A stretch of 62,013 nucleotides of DNA, filler included, from Ionaspis alba (lineage: Eukaryota), in NCBI GenBank assembly GCA_964255285.1. It is 4 parts of 4 records of this genome, joined end to end, with 100 filler letters (N's around TTAATTAATTAA, not from the genome) between each part and the next. Parts side by side here need not be neighbours in the genome. Positions count along the whole stretch, not along the records: positions 46,625 to 62,013 come from CAXUUL010000379.1; 3 more parts are not named here. One strand, 5' to 3'. Positions 49,601 to 61,140 of the stretch are shown here, piece by piece. The position numbers and the translations under genes are program-made. Position 1 is the stretch's first letter. Each line of letters starts with the position of its first letter. The notes below the pieces were generated by a model. That model was not told where the DNA came from. It did no database searches and saw nothing but the letters and a program-made list of their open reading frames with translations.

Positions 49601-51735
49601 AGGAACCGAATATTGAATCGCCAAACGCGTTCGCAAATCCAGTATTTGCACGACTTGGAGTTCCAACCACACCTGGAGCAGTCGACCACGGACCGGGGTT
49701 GCCAAGTCCACCAAGCCCACTTAACCCACTGAGGTTTGAGAAACCTCGTGCAGGCCCAGCACTCGAAGTCTGGCTCCTGTCACTGGCTGCTCCCTCGAAG
49801 CCTACATTGAATTGTCTCGATGGGTGACCAGGCATATTGTAAGTATTTTGGTGCGGGTTGGAGCTTTCGGATCCGTCATGGTCGCCATCGTCTTGTACGT
49901 TCTTGTCGCCTTCAGGACTCTGGAACGGATTTGTACCAGTCGGGCTCATGGGCTCCTGCGGGGGACCAGAGCCATATTGTTGATTTTGGGGAGTCTGCTG
50001 CTGAGTGTATTCACGGCGTTGCATCATTTCACGAAACGAAGGCATATCCGATGAGGTTTCAAATGCCGAAAAACCTATATCATCATGTGGCCTCTGACGT
50101 TCCGTGCTTTCGGGAAGGAATGAAGATTGTGCTGGCGGACTTGGCAAATCTCCACCAAGTGCAGCACTTCCAACACGATCTTCTTCCTCGCGGAAAGAAA
50201 GCGGCTCCGATGTTTGCATACGTGAACCTCGATCGGTTCCCCAGCGGGAGGACTGCCGTTCAGTATCAGTCTCGGCCAGCTTTTCCAAACTTCCCATTGA
50301 CGATTTATCTTTAAGCCGAGAAGAGATGTCCTCGGAGCTGTCTCTATTCATAAGGCCTTTGAATCGACTTTCTCCACGTAGACTTCCAAGCCCGCTTCTC
50401 TTCTCGCCAGGCGTCGCAGGCTGCCCTGTTCCTCCACCTAAAGCAAAGTTGCCAAACGCACCCATTTGCGGAAATCCAGCCGACTGTGGCGTGGAAGACC
50501 AAGGAGATGAGGGCCCATTGAGACCAGCGCTCATCGGACCGGTAGTGGTGCGCCTAAAAGAACCAAACGCAGAGGCTGTTTCAAGTACGTTTTCTGGTTT
50601 TTCAGTTCCTTTTGCTTTATCGCCGAAGCTTGATCCGAACGTGGGATCCTTCAAATCCGTTCTACGTCTCATCAGTGAAGGAGGTGTAGAGTTTTGGGGT
50701 TCGTCCCTAGATGAACGGTAAAGGCCGGGTGACGCCAAAGGATTAGATGAGGATAAAGAATCACTGGTCTCACGTCGTCGAGTGCCAGGACGGCCAGGAG
50801 TTGAACTAGTACCCGTAGTACCCTGTATTTGGGAGATAGATGACTTTCGTCCATTAAGCCCACTGCTCTGGGTCCCTTCCTTTGGGTTCTGCGGAGGAGG
50901 TTTCAAGGGCGAATTGACGGAAGTTGAAAAAATCTTACTCGCAGTTAGGGGATTTATACGTTGTGACAAGGTTGAATAGTCGACTTACTTCTAGTTCTTC
51001 TTCAGAGAATTCTGTCAAACCGATTGGCTGCGTTGAGCCATCGTAGTCCCAGCATATTTCCGGCCCACTTCCAGACTCTTTATTATCATCCCTGCGACCC
51101 CAAGTGCCATTACTTAAGTTTTGAGCAGCTCCAGGGTTCCAACCATCCACGAATAAATCAGATAAATTTTGTTTCGAGTTTCCTGATTCTCCCTGAGCTC
51201 GGAAGAGATCTAGTAGTTGATCCTTAGAATATCGGGAGTCGCCAACGGCGGTGGTACGGGAATATGTAGGTTGATAGTTGGAGTTGAGATGTGGTGGTAC
51301 ATCTACGGACGGGAAGTTCATTAGTAAACTCGCGAGGTAATAGATCATGGCAAGAAGGTTTCAGATCAGAGCTTACAAACTGCTCCCGATGTGTTCGGCT
51401 GGGAGGCTTCTCGTTGGTACGAGTTCGTTGTTGCTAAAGAGGGACGTCGGAAAGTTTGCGTTGCGCCATTGGTTCGGACTCGAGACCTAAGGATCAAAGC
51501 AATTAGTTTCTTCAAGCGTAAGTATGAGATTTCTGAGTTGAGCAACAACGGTCATTTACGGCGAACCACAGCATCCACTTTCGTATGCAGAACCCATGAC
51601 GGAAAATATTTGGAGGAACGCTAACCAGTCTCCACTACCTTCACCTCGCGAAGTACTCTTGCCATTTGTGTTTCCGTCACTTGTACCATTGGCTGCGGCT
51701 GCCGAAGCAAAGCTTGTAGGAAGTTGAGGGGGCAT
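46625..51735 (-). CDS. SMY2: GYF-domain protein (Smy2/Mpd2/GIGYF-like), multi-exon; stop codon lost at the scaffold edge
   Basis: MPPQLPTSFASAAA start, GAV|YVPPHL, RYSKDQLLDLF (4E-binding-like), GYF domain [66 protein letters not shown] and C-terminal FKVVAAKKKGKR. Confidence 0.92.
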
Positions 51736-52921
51736 GTTAAGGCCGTCGAAACAGATCAGAGTGATTGTTCGGCGCACGTGGTATTGGACTCGAAAGTGTC
51801 GAACTTAACAGCCTCCTGGTATCGTTTGGTAGCGGAAGTCTTGTCGGTCGCAGCGTAGTTGTTGGAGTGCGATGCACTAGTAGTAGAGAAGGTTTGAAAG
51901 AGCAGCAAGATTGACTGAATAGATTGCGTGAGATACTGGTGATAGCGATCAAATTATGTTGTCCGGTGGTGGATCAGGGCAACTCATCCACGAAAGATGG
52001 AGAACTAGGAGCGCGCATCAATTTCGCATCGTCCACCATTCCCAATAAGGCTAGAGTGACACGAGCACACGACACAATCCAGCCCAGCATTTGCCAGATA
52101 GAGCCTCGAAGGTGTTCTTACCCATCTGTCTTCTAGAACATGTAACAGCCTGCTACAATTCCTGAGACGAACCTAGCTGAGACTGCAGCAAGATTGAATT
52201 ACTACAGTGATCTACAGGAGTCGATGTACTGGATGCACATGGCAATGTTTCCTTTACGTCACTAAACTCTACATGCACAGTCCACAACCATGCGGCTCTT
52301 TCATTCATCCAGGCGATTATAGTCTTCCAATCTCCCTGTCTGTCTTATACGATCGTGAGCGCTTCTTGTCATGTCTATATCGACTGTCAACAAAGCAAAA
52401 GAATATCCAGAAGTTGTGATCTCTTCCCATATATCATAGCAATTTTCATCAATGACTATGCGCAAATTTGCGGGTCAAACCAGAACTTGTTGTGCATTCC
52501 TACGACCTTACAACATACCATTGCGTAGTCATTCTGAGTGCTCGTGACAAACAAGACGTACTGACGTTGGCTGTCACTAAAAAGCAATCTTCTGTGTTTT
52601 ATGATGGCTTGCTCGAACATCGTCATTCATCAAACAGGCACACCCCAGCAATCCATCTGTCTCAGCAACCAATCCATCTAGTACTAGCAGTCTCGTGGAC
52701 TCTCAAGGTAGTACGTTTCTTATATTGGACAAACAAGCTCTGTACAACCCACAATTGGAGGCAAAATGCTGCGTGGACACCTAATAGCAAACATTCTCAA
52801 TATCGGGATCTCTCGGAGTCAACGCGTGATTTTTACTCCTTAAGGTCGATCAAGCGCTCATTTTCTAGAGACACCAATCCTCAGCACTTTCTGACAAAAC
52901 TGATCAGAGAATCCTGAAACA

Positions 52922-53765
52922 ATGCCACCCTTCGGAAAAACGTTGTTAAGATTGGGAGGAGGAGGCGGCTTTATCGAATCAGAAAACCAGAGACATGAAG
53001 CCAAGAAGGCGCAGGCAATGCTCCGTAATGGGTACGCGAATAACTCACCCTTCGCACGGGACTATGATCCAATGGGACGAAATGGACCATACTTAGATCG
53101 AAACGGTCAGTGGCCCTTTGATCCTTCTCACGTGAATCCTATTAATATCATTGGCAGGACGACCAAGTTACCGTGGCACGGAGAACTGTCGCGGTCCTCA
53201 GATCCCATGGTTCCAGAAGTTTGGGCAACAAGGACCCCGATACCCAAACTTCAACTCCGGACCACGACTCGCAACTCCAGGGTATTATCCACAGCGGTTT
53301 GGACAAATCCCAAGACGGAACAACATACCCAGAATTATCAGAGGCGTGTCTCATGGTCGTGGACGACGCCGCAGAAGACCGCATTACGCTCACGCTCTCT
53401 CTGATGCGGAGGACGACGATTTGTTTTCGGACTACCCAGATGATTCTGGCTTCTATGACTCGGACGAGGACTCGCTGGATGCTGGATCACTCTTCTCCTC
53501 CGAAGATGGCAGCTGGGAACGTCGTCGCCCTCGTCACGGTGGCTACAATCGTGCATACCGTGGGCCATACCGCCCTAATGGTCATATGCGTGGTCGCATG
53601 GACCGCTATCCTCCCCATATGGATTGGGATGATGGGTTTGGATATGAAACTCGTGGTGGCATGGCTCGAGTACCGGGTAGATTTCCGAGAGACCCATATA
53701 GGACTGGCGGACTCAGAGGTCGGTCGATGAGTGTGGATGATTGGTCCACCGATGGTGGCTATTAG
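52922..53765 (+). CDS. Hypothetical low-complexity R/G/D/P-rich protein (2 exons, about 263 aa)
   Basis: ORFs 52922 and 53151 join in frame via a 52-nt GTCAGT..CAG intron (53106-53157): ...YLDRN-G|GA-RPSYRGTENC.... Confidence 0.65.
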
Positions 53766-53889
53766 TTTAGATGCTCCGGGTCAGATTATGTGCGTTCTTC
53801 ATCACGCGCAACGACGAAGTGTCTATCCTGATGTAGTTGCTCGAGTCTATTGGGTCTTCACGTTCATAACGTCTCTTCGTCAGCCGCGC

Positions 53890-55298
53890 TCATGGCTTGC
53901 CTTCCACAACCACATGCTCTCCTTTCTTTACCCTTTCACACAATTTCTTCATGACCTCGGCTCCCCACACCACATCCTCGACATCCAAGAACGCCTCTCC
54001 ACTTATCCTCCACCACCAAGCACCCTGATAGAGCGAAGTGGCCAGAAATGTTTCGTAATCATCCGCAGACTTCTTCATTACCCACTGCGTCACCAGCCCC
54101 ACGTCCTTCTCCTTTACCTCCCCTGCTCCGCTTCCAACCGTCAGTGGTAATCGCACGTTCGCCATCGCGCAATTTCTCAAGGTTCCCTCCTTATTGTCCA
54201 GTACCTCAGTACTCAGGATCTGCGCAGCTCGGTCGCCTCCTTCACGAGCCACTTGAATGCTATAGTTCATGATAGCCTCTTCACCACCACATACCTCTTG
54301 GCGAAATTTTAATGCAGCTGGAATGCAGAGGTAGTTGGCGTTGTCAATCGTGCCGACGAAGTCGAACATTTCTATAAAAGGCGAGTTATCGCTGGGAGGG
54401 AGAGGATTAATTGGAGCAGGCTTGCCAGGGACTGGCAGAGGAACGAAACCATGAGAAGTGGGAATGGATGACCGGATGAGATGCTGGTTGCGCTGAGGAA
54501 CATGGAGAATGGCGCATCCGCGGGGGACATAGAGCCATCTATTACATAGTCAGATGGCATTCTCCAGAGGCTTCAAGGGATAAGAGGAGGCTCATTGAAG
54601 GGGAGGGGAAACGCTCACTTGTGAAGATTGCTGACGAAAAAGTCTGCATCAAGTTCTCCAAGATTGAGGGGAATGTGCCCGACCCCATGAGCGCCATCGA
54701 CCATCGATAAAACACCCAGCTCTCTACTCTTCTTGACCATCTGCTCGAATGGTATACGAATCCCAGGCATGCTGACAATGGTGTCAAAGATTGCCATCCG
54801 CACCTTTCTCTTTCCATTACCCTCTCTATTGATCCTCTTGATTATCCCTTCAAACTTTTGCAGCACATCTAGATCGCCAATTGGCCATGCCACGTCAATG
54901 CCCTCACTTTCCGCAAGCGTCGTCTCGACTATGTACTCCACAGTGCGCTCAACGCCACTATAGATGATAGGAAAATAAACAATCACATCGCCTTCATTCC
55001 ACTTTAAGCCCCGTAGCACGGTGTTGACAGCTGTGGTGGCATTCGAGAGGAAAACCAATTCGTCCCGTGGTACATTGACCAACTTGGCGATGGCCGTGCG
55101 AGAGTCCTCAAGTTTTGGGAGATATTCATAGCGAATGAAAGTGTCCGGCTGAGCTTCGGCACGACTCTGATATTCATGGAGGACTTTGCGGACGGCGACT
55201 GGGTGAGTACCAAAAGATCCGTTATTTAGAGGTATGTACGAGTCAGAAAACTGGAAATGGGCACGCATTTGGCGGCCGAGAGCTGTAATGGAACCCAT
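53890..55298 (-). CDS. egt2: Class V PLP-dependent C-S lyase, hercynylcysteine sulfoxide lyase (Egt2)/LolT-like, 1 intron
   Basis: PLNNGSFGTHP, EAQPDTFIRY, VFLSNATTAVNTVLR, FDTIVSMPGIR, VDGAHGVG, DFFVSNLHK|WLYVPRGCA (PLP Lys), PTSHGF, FDFVGTID and CGGEEAIMNY. Confidence 0.8.
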
Positions 55299-55998
55299 CG
55301 ACTCAGTTTTGGACTTGAATCTCGATCGAATGTCCAGGACTCAAGTCTATGCTGGAATTGAATCGACTCGAAGCGAGACTGGTGTTGTTTAACATCACAA
55401 TACATGCTTGGTATGAGTCAAAACATTCAAATAACAACGCGGGACATTACAAATCTCATGTAGGTGAGGACCTCCGATATACAGGCAGGCATAGTGCCTT
55501 AGTTCCGCCCGTCGGACAGATTTCCTATGGTTTAGGAAGGAAGAGGATCGATTCCGCCTTGAGATTCCGCACTACGACTTCGGATTGGATCTAGTCAAGG
55601 TATCGGACCGCATGTGGCCGCACCTCCGAGCAGATGATGTTTTGGCACGAAGCTTTTCACGAACAGGATGTCCAAAAGATCTTGACAACTCACTTTCCAA
55701 ACTTGAAATATGGAGAGTTGCTCTGACCTCAGCCAGATTGAGTTGCAGAAAATAGAAACCCTCAGTACAGGAAGATCCGCTACTGTGAAGGCTTACTCAA
55801 GGACCTATCTCAGTGGCAAACGTGTTTAAATTCGGAGTTATGTTGTCTCTTATGGTTTCATCCTACTTATCGAGACAGAAGTAAGCCTGCAACGACTAGT
55901 CCTAACAGCCATGCATGTAGGTAATAGACCTCACAAGGGAGAGATTGAAAAGTCGGATTTGAGCCGGAGTAACAGCACTATTTAGCCCTAATCGGGAA

Positions 55999-56037
55999 GC
56001 GCGTCATAGCGCATCAAGGCGCGTCCCCCCGCGCGTG
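55999..56037. promoter_or_regulatory. Cluster of three GCGCGT (MCB-like) elements upstream of HST3
   Basis: GCGCGTC 55999-56005, GCGCGTC 56019-56025, GCGCGTG 56031-56037. Confidence 0.55.
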
Positions 56038-56205
56038 AACCGTACCAGGGCTTGCACTTGCCCTAGCAAATGCCCTTTCCCGGCATGAACTGTCCGGGAC
56101 AACATGGCTGTTCAACACCAATTGCACAAAGCCCACACAACACCGTTCTTTTCATAGACCTTATATCTTTCAAACCACACTCACTTAACATCCATGAGCA
56201 AGACT

Positions 56206-56415
56206 AAGGCTACGAACCTGCAGCTCTTCATCTATCCGAGCTTTTTCTCAGATGGGAAGCNNNNNNNNNNNNNNNNNNNNNNNNNNNNNNNNNNNNNNNN
56301 NNNNNNNNNNNNNNNNNNNNNNNNNNNNNNNNNNNNNNNNNNNNNNNNNNNNNNNNNNNNAAGGCTACGAACCTGCAGCTCTTCATCTATCCGAGCTTTT
56401 TCTCAGATGGGAAGC
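56206..56415. other. Assembly gap (100 N) flanked by an exact 55-bp duplication
   Basis: 56206-56260 is identical to 56361-56415. Confidence 0.9.
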
Positions 56416-56435
56416 CGTGCTTTACGAACTTTGTC

Positions 56436-57988
56436 ATGGCTATCATTGATGTTTATAAAGACAGTGGCCGTCAGCTTCAAGGGATTGCAGATATCCTGGC
56501 TAAGGCAAAGAAGATAGTGGTTTTCACCGGAGCTGGAGTGAGCACAAGCTGTGATATCCCAGTGAGTTTTCCATCTGCTGCATTTCTGATTTGACACTCA
56601 CTTCTCTTCTACAGGATTTCCGTTCACAAGACGGTCTTTACTCGCTCATCAATACTGAGTACAACTCGCAGCTCTCTGCCTCAGGATCGTCCACACCAGC
56701 CACTGTCAAAGGCAAAGACCTCTTCGATTCGAATCTATGGAAGGACGAACTCAGCACCTCAGTTTTCTACACCTTCATAGCTTCCCTAAGGCGGAAGATC
56801 CGCGAAGAAGTCAAGGAAACATCTGCCACTCACAAATTCATCCGCCAAATTCGTGATAAAGGAAAGCTTGTTCGATGTTACACGCAGAACATCGATGGCC
56901 TAGAGGCCCGCGAAAGTCTTTGCATGGACTTGAAGCGAGGGAAGGGCAGTCGGTCACGATTCACCAAGAAGTCCATGCAGAAGCCAGTACCTCTGTCGGG
57001 CAGGATACCTGGAAGTGATAACGACGGAGGATGTGAGACGGTACAATTACATGGCAATCTCGACATGCTCCGGTGTTCGATGTGCGGGAATACCTCTGAA
57101 TGGGAAGATCAAAACCAAGAAGCGCTCTTTCTCAAAGGCGAATCATCGCCATGTCGAAGCTGCGCAGCGCAGAATCAGGACCGACAAGATCGAGGGAAAC
57201 GTGGAACCTCTGTCGGAACTCTCCGACCGAATGTTGTTCTCTACGGCGAAGAGCATCCGTCGTCGGATCTGCTATCATCAATAACTAAATATGACCTTGG
57301 GCTCGCTCCAGACGTACTTCTTGTCTGTGGCACCTCTCTCAAGGTGCATGGGCTGAAGGTGCTGGTCAAGGAATTTGCAAAAGCTGTGAAGAGTAAACCA
57401 AATGGCAAGGGAAGGGTTATTTTTGTCAACTTGACCAGACCTCCCGGCAGTGTCTGGAACGATGTGTTTGACTACTGGGTTGGGATGGATTGCGATGCCT
57501 GGGTGAACGACGTGCAATCTAGAAGACCGGATATGTTCTTGAACCAGGCGAAGCTAAATCCTGGGACGGCCAAGCCAGAAGTCAGCATGCCAGCGAAGAG
57601 CAAACAGAGCTCGATGGGTACAGACGACACACTGGACAAGGAGAACATGGTGACTGTGCCAGTCTTGCCAAAAGCACTCAGAACACCAAAAAGCAGACGC
57701 TTCTCAAAACCACTTACACCATTGTCTCAACGCAATGGTCGAGGTACGAATGCGCTGCAAGAGTCAACGCCAAGTACACGAGGCCGTGGACGACCGTGTA
57801 AGGCGCCTTTGACTCCATCGCAACAGCCGACACCTCCTTCCTCGGCGTCAAAACGTCCCGAGCATCATGGTGCCAAGAGACCAAGACTTGAAGAAGAAGA
57901 TTACCTACTGCAGGGAACTCCTTCCAAGCGTTTAAAGCAACAAAACTTCATAATCTTCGGGGAAGTGGCCGACAGTGAGGAAGATTGA
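56436..57988 (+). CDS. HST3: NAD-dependent histone H3K56 deacetylase, Hst3/Hst4-type sirtuin (1 intron, 56562-56614)
   Basis: KKIVVFTGAGVSTSCDIP|DFRSQDGLY, KGKDLFDS, RCYTQNIDGLE, VQLHG, CxxC..CxxC zinc ribbon, LRPNVVLYGEEHP, GTSLKVHGLK and IFVNLT. Confidence 0.93.
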
Positions 57989-58718
57989 GGAGGACTTTGA
58001 ACAAACCATGTTCATTCGTTGTATGGCAGTTTTAATGAATTAGAAGGCTTCTCGTCAAGAAACGTCTGGGTCTGTCGTTTACGGTTGGGTGGATGAAAGA
58101 GTTGCAATGACGGCGTTCTGGAAGTCTGGCATGTATGCTGCTTAGCGTTCCAATATGATTTGGCTGCGGAGCATTTGCGATCATGTATTCCAGAAGCATT
58201 TACGATATTTGCGCATGACATCTTCTCATAGCAAGCATGTTTGCTAGTTCGTGTTGGTGGAGTCAGTAAAGCGACACAAGGGCGGTCGCTTGGCAGCGCA
58301 CCGCAGACCGCATCAGAGGCGATTAATTCCTTCTAAACACGCTTGATCATCATCTTGCAAATTCGGTGAATGAAAGTAACCACGCGGCGAGGAAGCCTTG
58401 AGCTATGTCACCTGCACTTTGGTGGGGTCTGCTGCGCCTTCATGTCCAATCCCCTCGAGATTCCAGCCATGAACAAGCTTCAGCGCGGCGCAGTACTTCA
58501 GCCGCAACCCTCGGAGCCCCTCCTCGCCGATACGACAACCCTGTTAATATAAAGCAAAGTCCTGCTACATCTCTATTGCATCTCTGATCCACTGCGAAAT
58601 CCTTATATTCAGATTGTGCTCAGGCCCGCGTGCTCCCGGATAGCTCCGAGTGTCACTGAGCAGAACTCTCCATCACTCTCCATCACCTCCTCAGACTTCT
58701 CCCAAGACTTGTTTCACG

Positions 58719-59629
58719 ATGTCCAACAGCCAATACTACGGCGGTGGAGGTGGCTATCCTCCTCCACCACAAGGATATCCACAACAGCAATATCCCCCAA
58801 GTCCAGGCCACAGCCAAGGCAGCTATCCGCCTCCCTACGGAGCTCCTGGTGCACCAGGATACCCACCATCTCCCGGAAGTCAAGGGTACGGGGGCTATCC
58901 TCCTCCTGTAAGTCCCTTCGCTACAAAGCAAAGTACACCGATCTTACAAAATTTTACAGGTTCCGCAGCAATACCCGTCCAAAGAGCAAGGTTACTACAA
59001 TCAACCCAACCAACCTCACCATCACTCCTCACACGGTTACGACAACCAGCCCTCAGGCCCCGGCGCCTACGCTGACCAGGACCGCGACTTCGATGGCAAA
59101 GGTTCCGACGGCCATAGCAAGGAAAGAGGACTCGGGGCTACACTCGTCGGAGCGGGTGGTGGAGGGTTCCTGGGCCACGAGCTCGGTGGAGGTACACTCG
59201 GTACGATAGGCGGCATGATTGCCGGCGCGGTTGGAGCGAACATGCTTGAGAAAAGACACGAGAAGTAAGATCTACTCCCTGGCCCTTATCGCTGTCAGTC
59301 CTCAATCAAATACTGACGGTACCCACAGACACAAGAAAGAACGCTCCCAAGAACGCCACTCGCATGGCCACCACCACTCCCGTCATGGCTCCCATAGCGA
59401 TCATGGCCGCTCGCATTCGCATTCCAGTCATAGCCGTCACAGCAGTCGTGGCGGAGGCAGTCGTGATGAAGGCTCTGGCTATGGAGGAAGTACATATGCC
59501 TATGGAGATAGTCTGCGTCCGTCAGACAATTATGGAAGTAGCGATGGGCATGGGCATCGTCATAAGCATCATCACAAGCATCATCATTCGAGCCGGAGTC
59601 GGAGTGGGCATAGGAGTGATAGCGATTAG
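58719..59629 (+). CDS. Pro/Tyr/Gln-rich glycine-zipper protein with His/Ser-rich tail (2 introns)
   Basis: MSNSQYYGGGGGYPPPPQGYPQQQYPP..., then ERGLGATLVGAGGGGFLGHELGGGTLGTIGGMIAGAVGANMLEKRHE, then HSHGHHHSRHGSHS...HGHRHKHHHKHHHSS. Canonical introns near 58908-58959 and 59265-59328. TATAAA near 58548. Confidence 0.82.
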
Positions 59630-60409
59630 GGGTGGAATGAGGGACGGAAATGGGGGTGCTTGCAGCGCTAGGAATGGGTGATGAGAATGGGCTTTGTGCA
59701 CTCTACGTATGGATTATTGGTCTGCTGGTTCACGGCTGTGGGAGTATCATGATGAGCTTATGAATTATGTCTGTGTATCAGATTGGAATCTTTTCAACCA
59801 AATACAAGTCAAGGAATCTAAGATCGGCTTTCCACAACCCTCATTCTCCTCAAGATTCACCAAGCTCCGTTTTTGAGCACTATACAGAACATCCGTCAAT
59901 GTGCAATCGCAGGAAACAGGTTACTCTCTCCAAGTCTAACTTTGGCAATCCGTAGCAAGGAGAACACAAAAGGTAATCCACTGAGGCGAACAGAAACAAC
60001 GACCCTTTTATGGTATGAAGCAAGAAGTATTCAGACCATTAATCTACCCATACAAAATCTGTACTCCAAGATATCAGAAAGTGCTCTTCAGCAAGAATAC
60101 GAGAGTTTTCTCCCATCTAGAACATATAAAAGTCCGACATCAAGCACCCCAAAGATGTCCATTGCACTCTCAGCTCAGGATCGCCCTCCTTATTGGGCGA
60201 TACTTTTGACCGTTCCATTTCTTTCCTAGGCGAGTATACGTCCCACCCACTGCGTTCCCAGATGATAGGAATATGAGTGTCTGCTGCCATCTCTACAAAA
60301 TCTGGCCCGAAACCAGGACGGCCGTAATCTCCCAGCTCGCTTTTTCGATTTCAATATTAGAAGCCACTGTAGCTCTTTCTTTTAGCGTCTTGTACCCTTT
60401 TTGGAGAAA

Positions 60410-61140
60410 GGATCGGTAGGAGCTATAGATATGCCGTCTTCAATAGGACCAAACATGGCACCGACATGATTGACCGGTGTTTAACAAAGTCGTTGTATCG
60501 ATCCACAATCTCTTTCTGTAATGTGTAGCTGAAGAGCGTGCAAGGCCCTTACGCAAACAAGTGCCTTGAGAACTCGAAGCCTTTGTCGTTGTACATGTCA
60601 TCCATCTGTCTTCGTGGCGTTGTAATTAGAGACCTATCCATTGGGGTCTGATCTGGGCTCTTAGGCGGCGACCCAACTGGTGATTCGCTTTGCCGTAAAG
60701 GTTTCCAAACTGCCATTGGGAATGGCCTTAATCTATCTGGATCGTCGGTCACAATCCTATTTTCTTGCATAACCCCTTCTCCTGTCCATTCACCAGGTGC
60801 GGCTGGAATGAAAAAGAAGCGATCATTAGGTGTCGGGTCCGAACCTACCATTGGGAATAGATTTGCTCCTGGCCCGCAGTCTTTCCGCCACCTTTTACTT
60901 GTCTCTCCCACATTCTTCAGAGTGCTCTATCGGCCACAATCGTCGCTTGAATGATACCACAATTTGACCTCTACACGTCCATAATTCTGGGTAAGTCAGG
61001 CCTTTCCGAAAGCGCACTGCTTGGACTAGTCGACCAAAGGCATCATCGCTTACCGTCGCTAGAGTTGCGTATCGTCGTAGATATTCTCCATCTTACACTT
61101 CGTAGATGACATTCACGGTATACCAACGAATCGACCCGCA
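60410..61140 (-). pseudogene. Probable pseudogene of an unknown protein with three in-frame stops
   Basis: A 67-nt canonical intron (GTAAGC 61053..CTGAC..CAG 60987) joins phase-0 frames reading GSIRWYTVNVIYEV*DGEYLRRYATLAT|NYGRVEVKLWYHSSDDCGR*STLKNVGETSKRW...RHLFA*GPCTLFSYTLQKEIVDRYNDFVKHR. Confidence 0.4.

Noticed and set aside
44517..51735. DPH6 and SMY2 as a convergent translation-related gene pair
   Set aside because: They are separated by an artificial spacer and lie on different scaffolds.
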